From the NCBI GenBank assembly GCA_023151185.1, contig JAKLJL010000010.1, forward strand, positions 64,001-128,000: DNA of 64,000 nt. Reading direction: 5' to 3'. Of this stretch, positions 47,995-58,411 are shown one piece after another (position 1 is the stretch's first letter; each line of letters opens with the position of its first letter). The position numbers and the translations under genes are program-made. This stretch comes from Bacteroidota bacterium. Lineage in GTDB: Bacteria > Bacteroidota > JABWAT01. The notes beneath the pieces were generated by a model, which was not told the origin of the DNA, searched no databases, and worked only from the letters and a program-made list of their open reading frames with translations.

Positions 47995-49413
47995 TTACCT
48001 GAACAGGTCGCCGTTTTCCCAGGCAGATTTCAGTTTTCCCAGAAGGGCAAGTGCCGGTTCCCGTTCGTTCGGGATTTCGCCTTCCAGAATGGCTTCTTCA
48101 ATTGCCGTTTTAAATTTCCCGACCAGCGGTCCCGGTTTCAATCCGCAGATTTCCATGATATCGGCTCCGGAAACGGGGGGTTCCCACTCCCGCATGCGGT
48201 CTTTCTCTTCTACCTCTTTCATTTTTGCCACGACCCGTTCATAATTCTGCCAGTACCGGGTTTTTCGGGCATAGCTTTTTGTGGTCACATCTGCACGGCA
48301 CAATTTCATGAGGCTTTCAATATCCCCGCCTGCTTCGAAAAGAACCCGACGTACGGCAGAATCGGTGATTTCATCTTTCACCAGAGCAATCGGACGGAGG
48401 TGTAGCCGGACGAGTTTCTGAACAAATTTCAGGTGCGTCCCCGGAAGGCGGTGTTTTTTAAACAACCCGGGAACCATCCGGGCTCCCAGATCATCATGTC
48501 CGTGAAAGGTCCATCCACGGCCCGGAACGAACCGTTTGGTTTTGGGTTTGGCCACATCATGATACAACGCTGCCAGCCGAAGCCAGACATCATCAGTTGT
48601 TGTGCAGATGTTATCGAGAACCTGAAGGGTATGAAAAAATGTGTCTTTGTGGCCGTACCCGTCGAGCTGTTCAACACCAACCATTACTGCAAGTTCAGGA
48701 TATAAAATCGGGAGAACACCGGTTTCATGCATCAGGGTGAACCCGACGGAAGGTTTGGGTGACTTCAGGATTTTAAGAAATTCATCGGTAATCCGTTCCT
48801 GGGAAATGATAGCCAGCCGGTCTTTAACTTTGCCGATCGAGGCAATGGCATCGGGGTGGATCTGATACTGAAGCTGGGTAGCAAACCGGATACCTCTGAG
48901 AATTCTCAGCGGATCGTCGTCAAAAGTGGTTTCGGGCTCAAGTGGAGTCCGGATCAGCCGGTTTTCCAGATCCGAAAGTCCGCCAAACGGATCCATCAGA
49001 TCGCCGTAATCCTCGGGGTTCAGCGAGATGGCCATGGCATTGATGGTAAAGTCACGCCGGGCAAGATCTTCTTCAAGGGTTCCTGCGGCAACTGTCGGAC
49101 GGCGGGTTCCTCTGTCAAAATAGGCTTCCTTCCGGGCACCGACAAACTCAAGAATCTGCTCATGCCAGGGAATCATGGCCGTACCGAAATTTTCGTAAGT
49201 CACCACCCGCCGGATCCCAAGTCCGTCTGCAACCGCATGAGATAACTCAATACCGCTTCCCAGGGTAACAAAATCAATATCTTTCAGCTCCCGGCCCAGC
49301 ATCATATCTCTTACAAAACCGCCAACTACGTACGTTTTCAAGCCAAGGCGGCCCGCCTGTTCCGAAACAATCCTGAAAACAGGAAATTCATCCAGTTTAT
49401 GTCTGAAATTCAA
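47995..49413 (-). CDS. CCA tRNA nucleotidyltransferase/poly(A) polymerase family with HD domain
   Basis: VGGFVRD, DIDF, RRDFTINA, DDPLRILR, LYHDVAKP. Confidence 0.93.
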   Translation of the reverse strand: MNFRHKLDEFPVFRIVSEQAGRLGLKTYVVGGFVRDMMLGRELKDIDFVTLGSGIELSHAVADGLGIRRVVTYENFGTAMIPWHEQILEFVGARKEAYFDRGTRRPTVAAGTLEEDLARRDFTINAMAISLNPEDYGDLMDPFGGLSDLENRLIRTPLEPETTFDDDPLRILRGIRFATQLQYQIHPDAIASIGKVKDRLAIISQERITDEFLKILKSPKPSVGFTLMHETGVLPILYPELAVMVGVEQLDGYGHKDTFFHTLQVLDNICTTTDDVWLRLAALYHDVAKPKTKRFVPGRGWTFHGHDDLGARMVPGLFKKHRLPGTHLKFVQKLVRLHLRPIALVKDEITDSAVRRVLFEAGGDIESLMKLCRADVTTKSYARKTRYWQNYERVVAKMKEVEEKDRMREWEPPVSGADIMEICGLKPGPLVGKFKTAIEEAILEGEIPNEREPALALLGKLKSAWENGDLFR

Positions 49414-49452
49414 ATTAAATCCCTGATTACAAATTCAGTCTGACTTCCGGAG

Positions 49453-50823
49453 TTATTCCGGCAGTGACTTTACCCAATAAAAGCTGCTTTTAATACAATC
49501 ATTAACCCCGATGCCGTTCTTCCAGTTGCCCAGCAGATGAAGCCCCTGGTGTGCCGATCCGGACCGCAGGATGTCTTCAACAATCCGGTAATGCCCGACT
49601 TCATATTGCGGAATAGCATCCGGCCAAACCCTGACAGTTGAAACTACCGGCTGAAGGTCAATCCCCAGGAATTCCTTCATGGCTGTTTTTGCCGTTTCGA
49701 GCAGATCCTCACGGCTGAGCCCGGCAGTTTCGGGCCGCCCGGCACCACCGATCATGACCGTGTAATTGACGTGGCCATCGGGAGCAACTCCATCAAAAGT
49801 CCCGGAATTGAAAATAATTCCCAGAATCTGCTTTTTTTCTATTTTCGGGATTAAAAACCCGAATCCTGCCTGATGACCGGGATCCAGGCGGTACCCCAGA
49901 TTAACAGCAGCAACCGGCACATACGGTATTTTCATGAGTTGGGCAGCCAGTTCCGGATCTGTTTCAGACAGGATCCTGGCGGTTACAGAAGCCGGAGTTG
50001 AAAGAACAACCTCGTCTGCAAGCAGAACTTCCCCGGAGGCAAGCGTCACCTTCCACCGATCCTCTTTTTGCAGGGAAACGACCTCAGCCCCGGTCTTCAG
50101 CTCATTTCGGAAAAACCCGGCGAGATGATGGGCCAGTTGCTGAATTCCGCCATGGGTGGAATAAAACCGGGATTTCCCTGTTTCGGGATGGGGAAAATCG
50201 GTAAGCTCAGCTTGTCTTTTGGCTTTTGCCTGTTCCTTTCCGGCACGAAGACCCCGGATCACTGATCCGTGGTTTCTTTCTGCTTCCCAGAGTGACGGGA
50301 AGGAGGACCGGACCGACAGCCTGCTGATGTCACCGGCATAAACACCAGAAACAAAGGCATCCAGCAGAACATCCGTAATCTGATTCCCGAACCGGCGTCT
50401 GAAAAAAGACTCCAGACTTTCATCCGGCTCACTGCAGGAGTTTTTCAGGTTCCGTTCCCTGAGAACTGCCCTGATGACCCCTTTCATTGCAGGAGAAAAC
50501 AACGTTTTGAACGGATTTCCGCCCAATTGATTCAGTTGATTGCGGTACCAGATAAACCGGGTTGACGAGGTTTTCCTGCCGGGTTTCAGCAGGTGCCAGC
50601 CGTTCGATTCATTCAAAAGGTGGAAAAAGGCATGCCCGTTCCGCATAACACCTCTCGGGCCGGATTCAAAAGTGAATCCGTCGATGACCGAAGATGAAAA
50701 ATTCCCGCCGGGAAATTCGTTTTTTTCCAGGATGGTGATGGACTGCCCGGGATGTTTTTTCCGGTAGTAAAAAGCTGCAGACAGCCCGGAAATTCCGGCG
50801 CCGATAAAAATAACCGATTTCAT
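49453..50823 (-). CDS. hemG: HemY-type protoporphyrinogen oxidase
   Basis: IGAGISGL, FESGP, SGVYAGD, AIPQYEVGH, GIGVNDC. Start at the ATG at 50823. Confidence 0.9.
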   Translation of the reverse strand: MKSVIFIGAGISGLSAAFYYRKKHPGQSITILEKNEFPGGNFSSSVIDGFTFESGPRGVMRNGHAFFHLLNESNGWHLLKPGRKTSSTRFIWYRNQLNQLGGNPFKTLFSPAMKGVIRAVLRERNLKNSCSEPDESLESFFRRRFGNQITDVLLDAFVSGVYAGDISRLSVRSSFPSLWEAERNHGSVIRGLRAGKEQAKAKRQAELTDFPHPETGKSRFYSTHGGIQQLAHHLAGFFRNELKTGAEVVSLQKEDRWKVTLASGEVLLADEVVLSTPASVTARILSETDPELAAQLMKIPYVPVAAVNLGYRLDPGHQAGFGFLIPKIEKKQILGIIFNSGTFDGVAPDGHVNYTVMIGGAGRPETAGLSREDLLETAKTAMKEFLGIDLQPVVSTVRVWPDAIPQYEVGHYRIVEDILRSGSAHQGLHLLGNWKNGIGVNDCIKSSFYWVKSLPE

Positions 50824-50970
50824 ACTGATCTCACCTAAAGATCCGAAAATACAGAAGATACCGGGCAAAATCAGATCAGGTACCGGAATTCTGTTCTCAG
50901 AATGTGAACCGGCAACCGGTTGGATTTCATTCTCTGACTGCTGATCTTTGGCGTTTTTATCAGGAAAAAC

Positions 50971-51342
50971 ATGACACCCGTCAGGATGATCTGGGCCTCA
51001 CTTGGCCTTTTTTTTGTGGCCCTTGGCGTGATCGGGATTTTTATTCCCGGTCTGCCGACGACGCCGTTTCTTCTGTTGGCGTTGTGGTGTTTCGCCAGAA
51101 GTTCTGACCGGCTTTACCGGTGGTTGCTCGATCACCGCGTTCTGGGAGTCTTTATCCGGGATTATCAGGAAAAACGGGCGATCCCGCTAAAAATCAAACT
51201 CATTTCACTTTCAACCGTTGCCCTTTCGCTGGGCATCACACTCTGGTTTCATGAATCATGGACTGTGAGGACTGTTGTACTGGTCCTCGGTATGACCGGT
51301 GTCTGGGTGATCCTCAGAATCCCGACATTAAAAAAAGACTAA
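50971..51342 (+). CDS. YbaN (DUF454) family membrane protein
   Basis: GIFIPGLPTTPFLLLA...FARSS. Confidence 0.9.
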   Translation: MTPVRMIWASLGLFFVALGVIGIFIPGLPTTPFLLLALWCFARSSDRLYRWLLDHRVLGVFIRDYQEKRAIPLKIKLISLSTVALSLGITLWFHESWTVRTVVLVLGMTGVWVILRIPTLKKD

Positions 51343-51437
51343 AGCAGCCCGAAGCCCCGTTTTTGGAAGCCCTTTTTGTGGCATTTTGTGTGACATGATA
51401 TTACCTTTATCAACACAATGTTACAAAAGAGGCTGCC

Positions 51438-54428
51438 ATGCGTTCTTCCCTTGTCAGTTTAATCCTTCTGATCAGTTTTGCTGTGGGCTATGCCCAGACT
51501 GATTTCAGAAAGGAAACCATCTACTTTCTGATGACGACCCGGTTTTTTGACGGCGATCCGTCCAACAACCGCCCGACTGAATGGTGCTCCTACGATCCCA
51601 CCAATCCCGGAAGACAGATTTCCGACCCGAATGACGTGACCTGGCGGGGAGATTTTAAGGGCCTGGTTCAAAAACTCGATTACATCAAAGGAATGGGATT
51701 TACCGCCATCTGGATAACACCGGTCGTGCAGAACCGGGGGCCTCTCGACTACCACGGATATCATGCCTGGGATTTTACCAAAGTAGATCCCCGTCTTGAA
51801 TCGCCGGGATATACGTTTCAGGATCTGATCGATTCGGTTCATGCGAAGGGAATGAAACTCGTTCTGGATATTGTAACCAATCACGCCGGCCGGTTTGGGA
51901 TAAAGGGAGTTGCAGAAATCAAATACAATACCGACCCGTCGCAGCCGTGGGGGAAGGATAAAAACGGAAATACCCTGCAGGATAACCCGAACTGGACATA
52001 TGATGGACTGACTCCCAACCCGGATGACGGAAAAATCTGGAGCCGGGCAAACCTGGCTAAACTGCCGGCACCATACAATCAGACTCTTGCCGCCTATAAC
52101 TGGCCTTCAACTGAAAGTTATGTCAAAACGACCGATCCGGCTTGGTACCACCAGTCAGGAAACGGTTTTGCTCAGGGATATGACGATACCGAAAATCTCT
52201 ACAACCGGGCACTGGCCGGGGATACACCAGATCTGAATACTGAATCGGCGACCTTGAGGCAATATATGGTTGCAGCCTATAAAACCTTTATTGACATGGG
52301 AGTGGATGCTTTCCGGTGGGATACGATCAAACACATGGACCGGGCTTCCGTCCTGTATTTTCTGGATGAATTCAAAAAAATCAATCCGGATCTGTTTGTG
52401 TTTGGTGAGGTTGCCCAGAAACGGCATGAACTTCATACCGTCGAAGAAATCAATCCGCATTGGTACACCTGGCGGGGAGCCGTCGGCAATTCTGCCGGTT
52501 CAGGGCTTGCAGTTCTGGACTTTTATGCCGAGGCCACGTTTCACAACGTTTTTGAAGAAGGCGGCGGGTTCAATGGTGTTAAAGCAGCAGCCCGGTATGA
52601 CCAGTTGTACTCTGATCCGTCTACCAATCTGATGTGGCTCGACAATCATGATTTCGGACCCAATAACGACTGGAACCGCCGGTTTGGCGGAAGCGTGGAA
52701 AACCTGGCCGCCTGTATGAATTTCATGTTTACCTGGCGGGGGATCCCTATAGTGTATTACGGGACCGAAATGCAGTTTATGAAAGGGGCCTATGCGGATA
52801 TCCATGAATCGGCTGATATAGAAAAATCGCTTGACCGGACCGGCCGGGCCTATTACGGTACAGTCATGGGACAGGCACTTTCCCATAAAATGTACAGTCA
52901 TTTCGCCAAACTGAATGCCATGAGAAAAGCCATCCCGGCTCTGCAGAACGGATCGTGGACCTGGGGTGGCGGTGACCCGGGCAACGGAGTCGGGTTCATC
53001 CGGGAATCGGGAGAAAGCTATGCTGTTGTTGGTTTGGCAAAAGACGGAAAGGCGACCTTCACCTTCACCGGCCTGAAAAAAAACGGAACCTACCGGGATG
53101 CTGTTACCGGGCATGAAGTTCAGGTTGCCAACGGGTCCCTTACCTTTACGGCAGGATCTTCCTCGGCAGGGATTTATGTTTTTAACGGGCCGGGCAGAAT
53201 CGGAGACCTGGGTGCCGGATTTTTCCAGACAACTGCAGATGGATCAGGTGGTGGCGGCGGCGGTGAAACACCGGGAGCAGTGACCGTTTCACCGAATCCG
53301 GTTAATGCCGGGCAAAACGTGACCATAACGTACGATGGATTTCTGAACTCACAACCCGCCTGCAATCTTTACTGGAGTTATGGAAACTGGTCGGTTGCTG
53401 CAACTGCAACTGCCATGACTAAAACCCTGACCGGCACCTGGACGGTCACCTTCACGGTTCCTGCAACCGCATCCGGAAATCTGGATTTCGTTTTCAATAA
53501 CGGCGCCAATGTCTGGGATAATAACAACAGTCAGGATTGGCATTTCCCGGTTGAAGGCGGCCCGCAGCCTGGTGATGGATTTACTGTTTACTTTTACAAA
53601 CCCGATTCGTGGTCTTCTGCCTGGATTCACTATTGGAATGTGATGCCGGGAAGTGGTTCAACCACCTGGCCGGGCGTGGCCATGACGGCGGACGGCGGGA
53701 ACTGGTATAAATTTGTTTTCGACGGAAAGACCTCCGCCAATATGGTCATCAATGATAACGGTGCATCAGGAAAGCAAACTACCGATCTGAGCCGGACTAA
53801 AGACGGCTGGTACTACAATGGTGCCTGGTATGATGAAAAACCTGCAACTGGCGGCGGAGGCGGTGATCTGACGGTGCATCTGTTTAAACCTGCCGACTGG
53901 GCAGGGGCCAAAATCCACTACTGGAATGTTTTTCCGTCAGGGGCATCCTCAACCTGGCCCGGGGTCGACATGACTGATGACGGTGCAGGCTGGTTCAGCT
54001 ATACCTTTTCATCCTCCTCCTCGGCAAATATGGTGTTCAATGACGGAGCCGGGAAACAGACAACCGATCTCAGCCGGTCAAAGGAAGGCTGGTATTACAA
54101 CTTAACCTGGTATGATTCCAAGCCGGCTGTTGGGGTTTCGGTCGCCGGAAATCAGAAACAGCCCGGCGCACCCGAACTGCTGGGGAATTATCCCAATCCG
54201 TTTAATCCGTCAACAAAAATCAGTTTTTATCTGCCGGAAGAAAGCCATGCCCGCCTGACCGTATACAACATGCTCGGTCAGCAGATTGCCGTCCTGGCCG
54301 ACGGCTGGTTCAGAACAGGACTGGTGACCCGGGTTTTCTCTGCTGACGGACTTGCAAGCGGCTTGTATCTGTACCGGCTTGAAACCGGTCAGAAAATTCT
54401 TTCCGGAACGATGATTCTGCAGAAATAG
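51438..54428 (+). CDS. secreted GH13 alpha-amylase with a CBM25/53-like module, two CBM26-like modules and a T9SS CTD
   Basis: YHGYH, FRWDTIKH, FGEV and DNHD catalytic motifs; WDNNNSQDW; two YWN...WPGVxM modules; NYPNPFNPST. Confidence 0.92.
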   Translation: MRSSLVSLILLISFAVGYAQTDFRKETIYFLMTTRFFDGDPSNNRPTEWCSYDPTNPGRQISDPNDVTWRGDFKGLVQKLDYIKGMGFTAIWITPVVQNRGPLDYHGYHAWDFTKVDPRLESPGYTFQDLIDSVHAKGMKLVLDIVTNHAGRFGIKGVAEIKYNTDPSQPWGKDKNGNTLQDNPNWTYDGLTPNPDDGKIWSRANLAKLPAPYNQTLAAYNWPSTESYVKTTDPAWYHQSGNGFAQGYDDTENLYNRALAGDTPDLNTESATLRQYMVAAYKTFIDMGVDAFRWDTIKHMDRASVLYFLDEFKKINPDLFVFGEVAQKRHELHTVEEINPHWYTWRGAVGNSAGSGLAVLDFYAEATFHNVFEEGGGFNGVKAAARYDQLYSDPSTNLMWLDNHDFGPNNDWNRRFGGSVENLAACMNFMFTWRGIPIVYYGTEMQFMKGAYADIHESADIEKSLDRTGRAYYGTVMGQALSHKMYSHFAKLNAMRKAIPALQNGSWTWGGGDPGNGVGFIRESGESYAVVGLAKDGKATFTFTGLKKNGTYRDAVTGHEVQVANGSLTFTAGSSSAGIYVFNGPGRIGDLGAGFFQTTADGSGGGGGGETPGAVTVSPNPVNAGQNVTITYDGFLNSQPACNLYWSYGNWSVAATATAMTKTLTGTWTVTFTVPATASGNLDFVFNNGANVWDNNNSQDWHFPVEGGPQPGDGFTVYFYKPDSWSSAWIHYWNVMPGSGSTTWPGVAMTADGGNWYKFVFDGKTSANMVINDNGASGKQTTDLSRTKDGWYYNGAWYDEKPATGGGGGDLTVHLFKPADWAGAKIHYWNVFPSGASSTWPGVDMTDDGAGWFSYTFSSSSSANMVFNDGAGKQTTDLSRSKEGWYYNLTWYDSKPAVGVSVAGNQKQPGAPELLGNYPNPFNPSTKISFYLPEESHARLTVYNMLGQQIAVLADGWFRTGLVTRVFSADGLASGLYLYRLETGQKILSGTMILQK

Positions 54429-54456
54429 AAAGAGGGGGCCAGTCCCCCTTTTTTTT
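54429..54456 (+). terminator. intrinsic terminator
   Basis: AGGGGG-CCAGT-CCCCCT followed by a T-run. Confidence 0.75.
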
Positions 54457-54529
54457 ACTGCCCACGTTTGAACCGGATCCGTTATCTTGCAGAAAATGTC
54501 CATCAACCGTCAACCGAACTGAACCGATT

Positions 54530-55258
54530 ATGAAAGTGCTGCTGTTTTCTGATCTTCATGCCAACCTGACGGCTTTGACCCAGCTCAGGCAGGTAATCAG
54601 ACGTGAAATGCCCGATGAGATAATTTTTTTGGGGGATGCTGCAACCCTGGGTCCGTCTCCTTCAGAAGCAACCGCTTTATTGCTTGAAACGGCAAGCCGG
54701 TTCATTCTGGGAAATCACGACGGATATCTTTCGGATCCGGCTTCTGCAGAAACCTACACCCGTGAACCCGTTATTCTCGATTCCATCCGGTGGACCGCAA
54801 GCCAGTTGTCTGCTGAACATCTTTCCCGGATTTCCGGATTTCTTCCCAATCTGACCCTTGAAACCGGCTGTAAGTCAGAGTTAGTCTGTTTTCACGGATC
54901 GCCCCGGTCGAATGAGGAGGGTATATTAGCCGAGACTCCCGGTTCTGAGCTCCTGTCCCTGCTGTCGCAGTCGCCTGGCCGGGTGTTTGCAGGCGGGCAC
55001 ACTCACCTTCAGATGATCCGGAATGCAGCCGGGTCACTTTTGATCAATCCGGGAAGTGCCGGGCAGCCGTTTGAAAGATTCAACGCCAGCGGTCCACCGA
55101 ACCTGATTCCGGAAATCCATTTTGCGTTTTTGCAGGTTGAACCTGACGAAACCCGGGCAACCCTCCACCGGATTCCGCTTGACATCCCGGCCTTCAGGAA
55201 AGAACTTGCTGCGAGCAGGTTTCCGCTGAGAAACTGGATGCTTTCAATTTATTCCTGA
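54530..55258 (+). CDS. metallophosphoesterase (YfcE-like)
   Basis: SDLHAN, LGD, GNHD, HGSP, GHTH, NPGS. Confidence 0.92.
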   Translation: MKVLLFSDLHANLTALTQLRQVIRREMPDEIIFLGDAATLGPSPSEATALLLETASRFILGNHDGYLSDPASAETYTREPVILDSIRWTASQLSAEHLSRISGFLPNLTLETGCKSELVCFHGSPRSNEEGILAETPGSELLSLLSQSPGRVFAGGHTHLQMIRNAAGSLLINPGSAGQPFERFNASGPPNLIPEIHFAFLQVEPDETRATLHRIPLDIPAFRKELAASRFPLRNWMLSIYS

Positions 55259-55348
55259 ACCTGCCGGGACTCAACTTAAATCCCGGGCGGCGTGTTTTCT
55301 TTTACAGGCTACCTTGAGTATATTTTATCAAAACACAGTCAGGGTTTT

Positions 55349-56608
55349 ATGTCACTGATTATTCTCGCCGTTGGTGCACTGGTGTTCTTTGCCCACTTTC
55401 TGGTGCTTCAATTCCGGAAAACGAATATTCCGGATGTTTTAATTTTGATGGCAGCAGGACTTGTTATGGGCCCGGTAACCGGTTTGGTTTCCCCGGATGA
55501 TTTTGGAAAGGCCGGGTCGGTGCTGGCCACCATCGCCCTGGTGGTTATTTTATTTGAAAGCGGGACTTCTCTGAACCTGAAGACCATGACGGCTTCTCTT
55601 TCACTGACCGGATGGCTGGCGGTTACCACGTTTATTCTTACTTCTTTTACTGTTTCCCTGTTCGGTATTTTTTTTCTCGGCCTGACCCTGCTTCCGTCAG
55701 TTATGCTTGGGCTGGTTTTGGGTGGTACTTCTTCTGCTGTTGTCATTCCGGTTGTTGATCTGCTGAAAATCAGGGAGAAGCCTGCCACTGCCCTGGTACT
55801 GGAATCAGCCCTTACCGATGTTCTGTGTATCATCGGGGTATTTACAGCACTTCAGATTTACACACTGGGTGAGGTAAATCCGGGAAAAATTGCCGGGAAT
55901 GTACTGGCTGCTATGGTCTTCGCTGCCGGTATCGGGGTTGCCGGCGGTGCAGGCTGGCTTTTTGTACTCGGGAAAGTCAGGGATTTCCCGAATACGATTT
56001 CAAGCACGCTGGCCTATGCCTTTATCATTTATGGGATAACGGAACTTCTGGGCTTTTCTGGTGCTATCTCGGCACTCACCCTGGGAATTACCATGTCAAA
56101 TTTCCAATCAATGGGTTTGGCCAGGCTTCCTGCAATCCGGCAAAAGCCAATCGAGTCACTGACTTCTTTTGATCTCGCTTTTTATAAGGAAGCAGTCTTT
56201 CTTCTTAAAACGTTCTTCTTTGTTTATCTGGGAATTTCCATCCGGTTTTCAGATACCAAGCTTGCACTTCTTGCCCTTATGATGATGGCAATCGTCTTTA
56301 CGCTCCGGATCGGGGTGACCCGCCTGATTATGAGTTCCCGGGAATTTGAGCTGAGGGAAACTGCGGTTGTTTCAATGATGGTCCCGAAAGGGTTGGCAGC
56401 GGCGGTTCTTGCTTCCCTTCCGGTAAATGCAGGTGTTCCCGGCGGAGAGATTATCCGGGACACAACTTACATGGTTGTTCTTATCAGCATTTCACTGACA
56501 GCTATTCTGGTCATTTTATTTAACTTCCGTCCTGTGAGAACGCTGTATTCAGTCTTACTGAACAAACCGGCAGAGCCTTCAGACGGAGTTTCTTCCCACC
56601 CTGAATAA
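55349..56608 (+). CDS. cation:proton antiporter (NhaP-like, CPA1)
   Basis: TSSAVV, LESALTD, PKGLAAAVLA; about 12 TM helices. The start is uncertain (55292 or 55349). Confidence 0.85.
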   Translation: MSLIILAVGALVFFAHFLVLQFRKTNIPDVLILMAAGLVMGPVTGLVSPDDFGKAGSVLATIALVVILFESGTSLNLKTMTASLSLTGWLAVTTFILTSFTVSLFGIFFLGLTLLPSVMLGLVLGGTSSAVVIPVVDLLKIREKPATALVLESALTDVLCIIGVFTALQIYTLGEVNPGKIAGNVLAAMVFAAGIGVAGGAGWLFVLGKVRDFPNTISSTLAYAFIIYGITELLGFSGAISALTLGITMSNFQSMGLARLPAIRQKPIESLTSFDLAFYKEAVFLLKTFFFVYLGISIRFSDTKLALLALMMMAIVFTLRIGVTRLIMSSREFELRETAVVSMMVPKGLAAAVLASLPVNAGVPGGEIIRDTTYMVVLISISLTAILVILFNFRPVRTLYSVLLNKPAEPSDGVSSHPE

Positions 56609-56619
56609 GGACAACCCCA

Positions 56620-56961
56620 ATGGCTTACAACCTCTTGCTTGCAGACCGGATCCGCCTGACTCTTTCTTCACGGAAGGATCTGGAAGAAAAGGCCATGTTT
56701 GGCGGCCTTGCCTTTATGGTCGATGGCAAAATGTGTGTCGGGATTCTTCAGGAAGACCTGATGATCCGGATCGATCCTGCCCGCCGGGGAGACGTCCTTG
56801 CCCGCCCAGGATGCCGGGATATGGAATTCACCGGTCGGCCGATGGCCGGCTATTTCCTCATTTCACCCGAAGGAACCGGAACTGAACCCGATCTGACCCG
56901 CTGGATTGACCTGGCCCTGGAATTTAATCCGAAAGCAAAAAAATCGGGTAAACGAAAATGA
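56620..56961 (+). CDS. TfoX N-terminal domain protein
   Basis: EKAMFGGLAFMVDGKMCVG, MEFTGRPM. Confidence 0.88.
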   Translation: MAYNLLLADRIRLTLSSRKDLEEKAMFGGLAFMVDGKMCVGILQEDLMIRIDPARRGDVLARPGCRDMEFTGRPMAGYFLISPEGTGTEPDLTRWIDLALEFNPKAKKSGKRK

Positions 56962-57524
56962 ATCCGCTGCAGTCTGTTTTCGGATCGTACGGGATTTTGC
57001 CGGGTGATGCTCTTCGTGCGGCAGAAGCCTTCCGGCAGATTTCTTTGAAAAAAGGGGAGTTTTTCCTGCAGGAAGGTCACGTTCAGGATAAAGCCGGTTT
57101 CCTGGTTTCGGGCTGGGCTCATTTTTTTTCTCTGACGGAACAGGGCGATTCGGTAACGACTTATTTTGCCGGACCCGGCCGGTTCATTGCGTCATTGAGC
57201 AGTTTTCTCTTTCGTGCACCTGCCCGGGAAAGTATCCGGATGGCAACCGATGCAGTCCTTCTTGAAATTTCCGGCGATGCCTTCCGCCGGCTGAGAACGG
57301 AAATTCCCGGTTTTGACCGTCTTTACGTATCCCTTTTGGAGTATCAGATTTCCTGTATTGAAACCAGCCGGTTCGATATGATTTCTCTGTCTCCCGCAGA
57401 AAGGTACCGCAAACTCCTGCGGGAGGATCCTAAGCTGACCGGGCTGATGTCCGTCCAGGATCTGGCCTCTCTGCTTGGCATCACCCCGCGTCACCTCAGC
57501 CGCCTGAGAAAACCCGGCCGTTAA
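56958..57524 (+). CDS. Crp/Fnr family transcriptional regulator
   Basis: cNMP-binding domain, ERY, LASLLGITPRHLSRLR HTH. Confidence 0.9.
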   Translation: MNPLQSVFGSYGILPGDALRAAEAFRQISLKKGEFFLQEGHVQDKAGFLVSGWAHFFSLTEQGDSVTTYFAGPGRFIASLSSFLFRAPARESIRMATDAVLLEISGDAFRRLRTEIPGFDRLYVSLLEYQISCIETSRFDMISLSPAERYRKLLREDPKLTGLMSVQDLASLLGITPRHLSRLRKPGR

Positions 57525-57571
57525 CCGGCATTACCCGTTCCCTTTATCGGATCACCCGTCCTGATTTTTCC

Positions 57572-57583
57572 GGACAAATGTCC
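57572..57583 (+). promoter_or_regulatory. palindromic site GGACA-AA-TGTCC, probable binding site of the adjacent Crp/Fnr protein
   Basis: Inverted repeat between the regulator and the co-oriented downstream gene. Confidence 0.5.
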
Positions 57584-57633
57584 TCTGACCAGCCTCAGAA
57601 AATCCGGACCTTTGGTTTAAAAACGGAGGGTTT

Positions 57634-58341
57634 ATGTCATCTCAATTTCCATCCCTGAAAAGTGCAGGGTGGTCTTTCCTGACCGGATCAGTTCTGGTTC
57701 TGATTCCCTACAGTCTGCTGGTTGCCCGGTTTAAGTATCCTGAGGTTCTCAGAAAACCTGCCGGAGAAATTCTGGCGTCCTTTCACGCCGGCGGGCCGGA
57801 TCTGATTCTGCTCTGGCTGGCCTTTGCCCTGTGCGGAATTCCGTTGCTGTACGGATATTACCGGATTGGCACAGTCCTGAAATCAGAGTTTCCCTTTGCC
57901 GGATTTGCCACGGTGGCCGGACTTGCCGGCGGGTTCGCCCAGATTATCGGACTGCTCAGGTGGGTTTTTGTGGTCCCGGTTCTGGCTGAAACCTGGAATT
58001 CAGGCTCTGAGCCGGTCAGAATTGCAGCCGAAACGGGATTTTTACTTCAGCATCAGGCTGGTGGTGTTCTGCTGGGTGAGTTTATCGGGCAGACCGCAAC
58101 CATTTTCTGGCTGATTTCCTTTTCCGTGATTCTGTTTCAGGCCAGGGTGATTCCAGTCTGGGTGATGGTTTGGGGGCTTTTGTCGGGTGTGATTTATTTT
58201 CTTGCGCAGGCTGAACTTTTGTCGACGGTGATTCCGGAATTCCCGGTCTGGGGACCGGCAGGGTTGATTGGCAGCACTCTTTGGCTCCTCTGGATGGTTC
58301 TGCTCGGGTTCAGGCTGATCCGGAAACAGCAACCGGGGTAA
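57634..58341 (+). CDS. DUF4386 family membrane protein
   Basis: FKYPEVLRKPAGEIL, GLLRWVFVVP, GVLLGE. Confidence 0.8.
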   Translation: MSSQFPSLKSAGWSFLTGSVLVLIPYSLLVARFKYPEVLRKPAGEILASFHAGGPDLILLWLAFALCGIPLLYGYYRIGTVLKSEFPFAGFATVAGLAGGFAQIIGLLRWVFVVPVLAETWNSGSEPVRIAAETGFLLQHQAGGVLLGEFIGQTATIFWLISFSVILFQARVIPVWVMVWGLLSGVIYFLAQAELLSTVIPEFPVWGPAGLIGSTLWLLWMVLLGFRLIRKQQPG

Positions 58342-58411
58342 GGCTGGCAGTTCCGTTGATTTCCCCGCAGAAAACTCCGACCTTGCACCCCGAAAAAACC
58401 GGAGAAATGCC

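Noticed and set aside
51389-51425. TGTGACAT...ATGTTACA inverted repeat / CRP-like site before the amylase
   Set aside because: Imperfect and widely spaced; could be chance in an AT-rich promoter.
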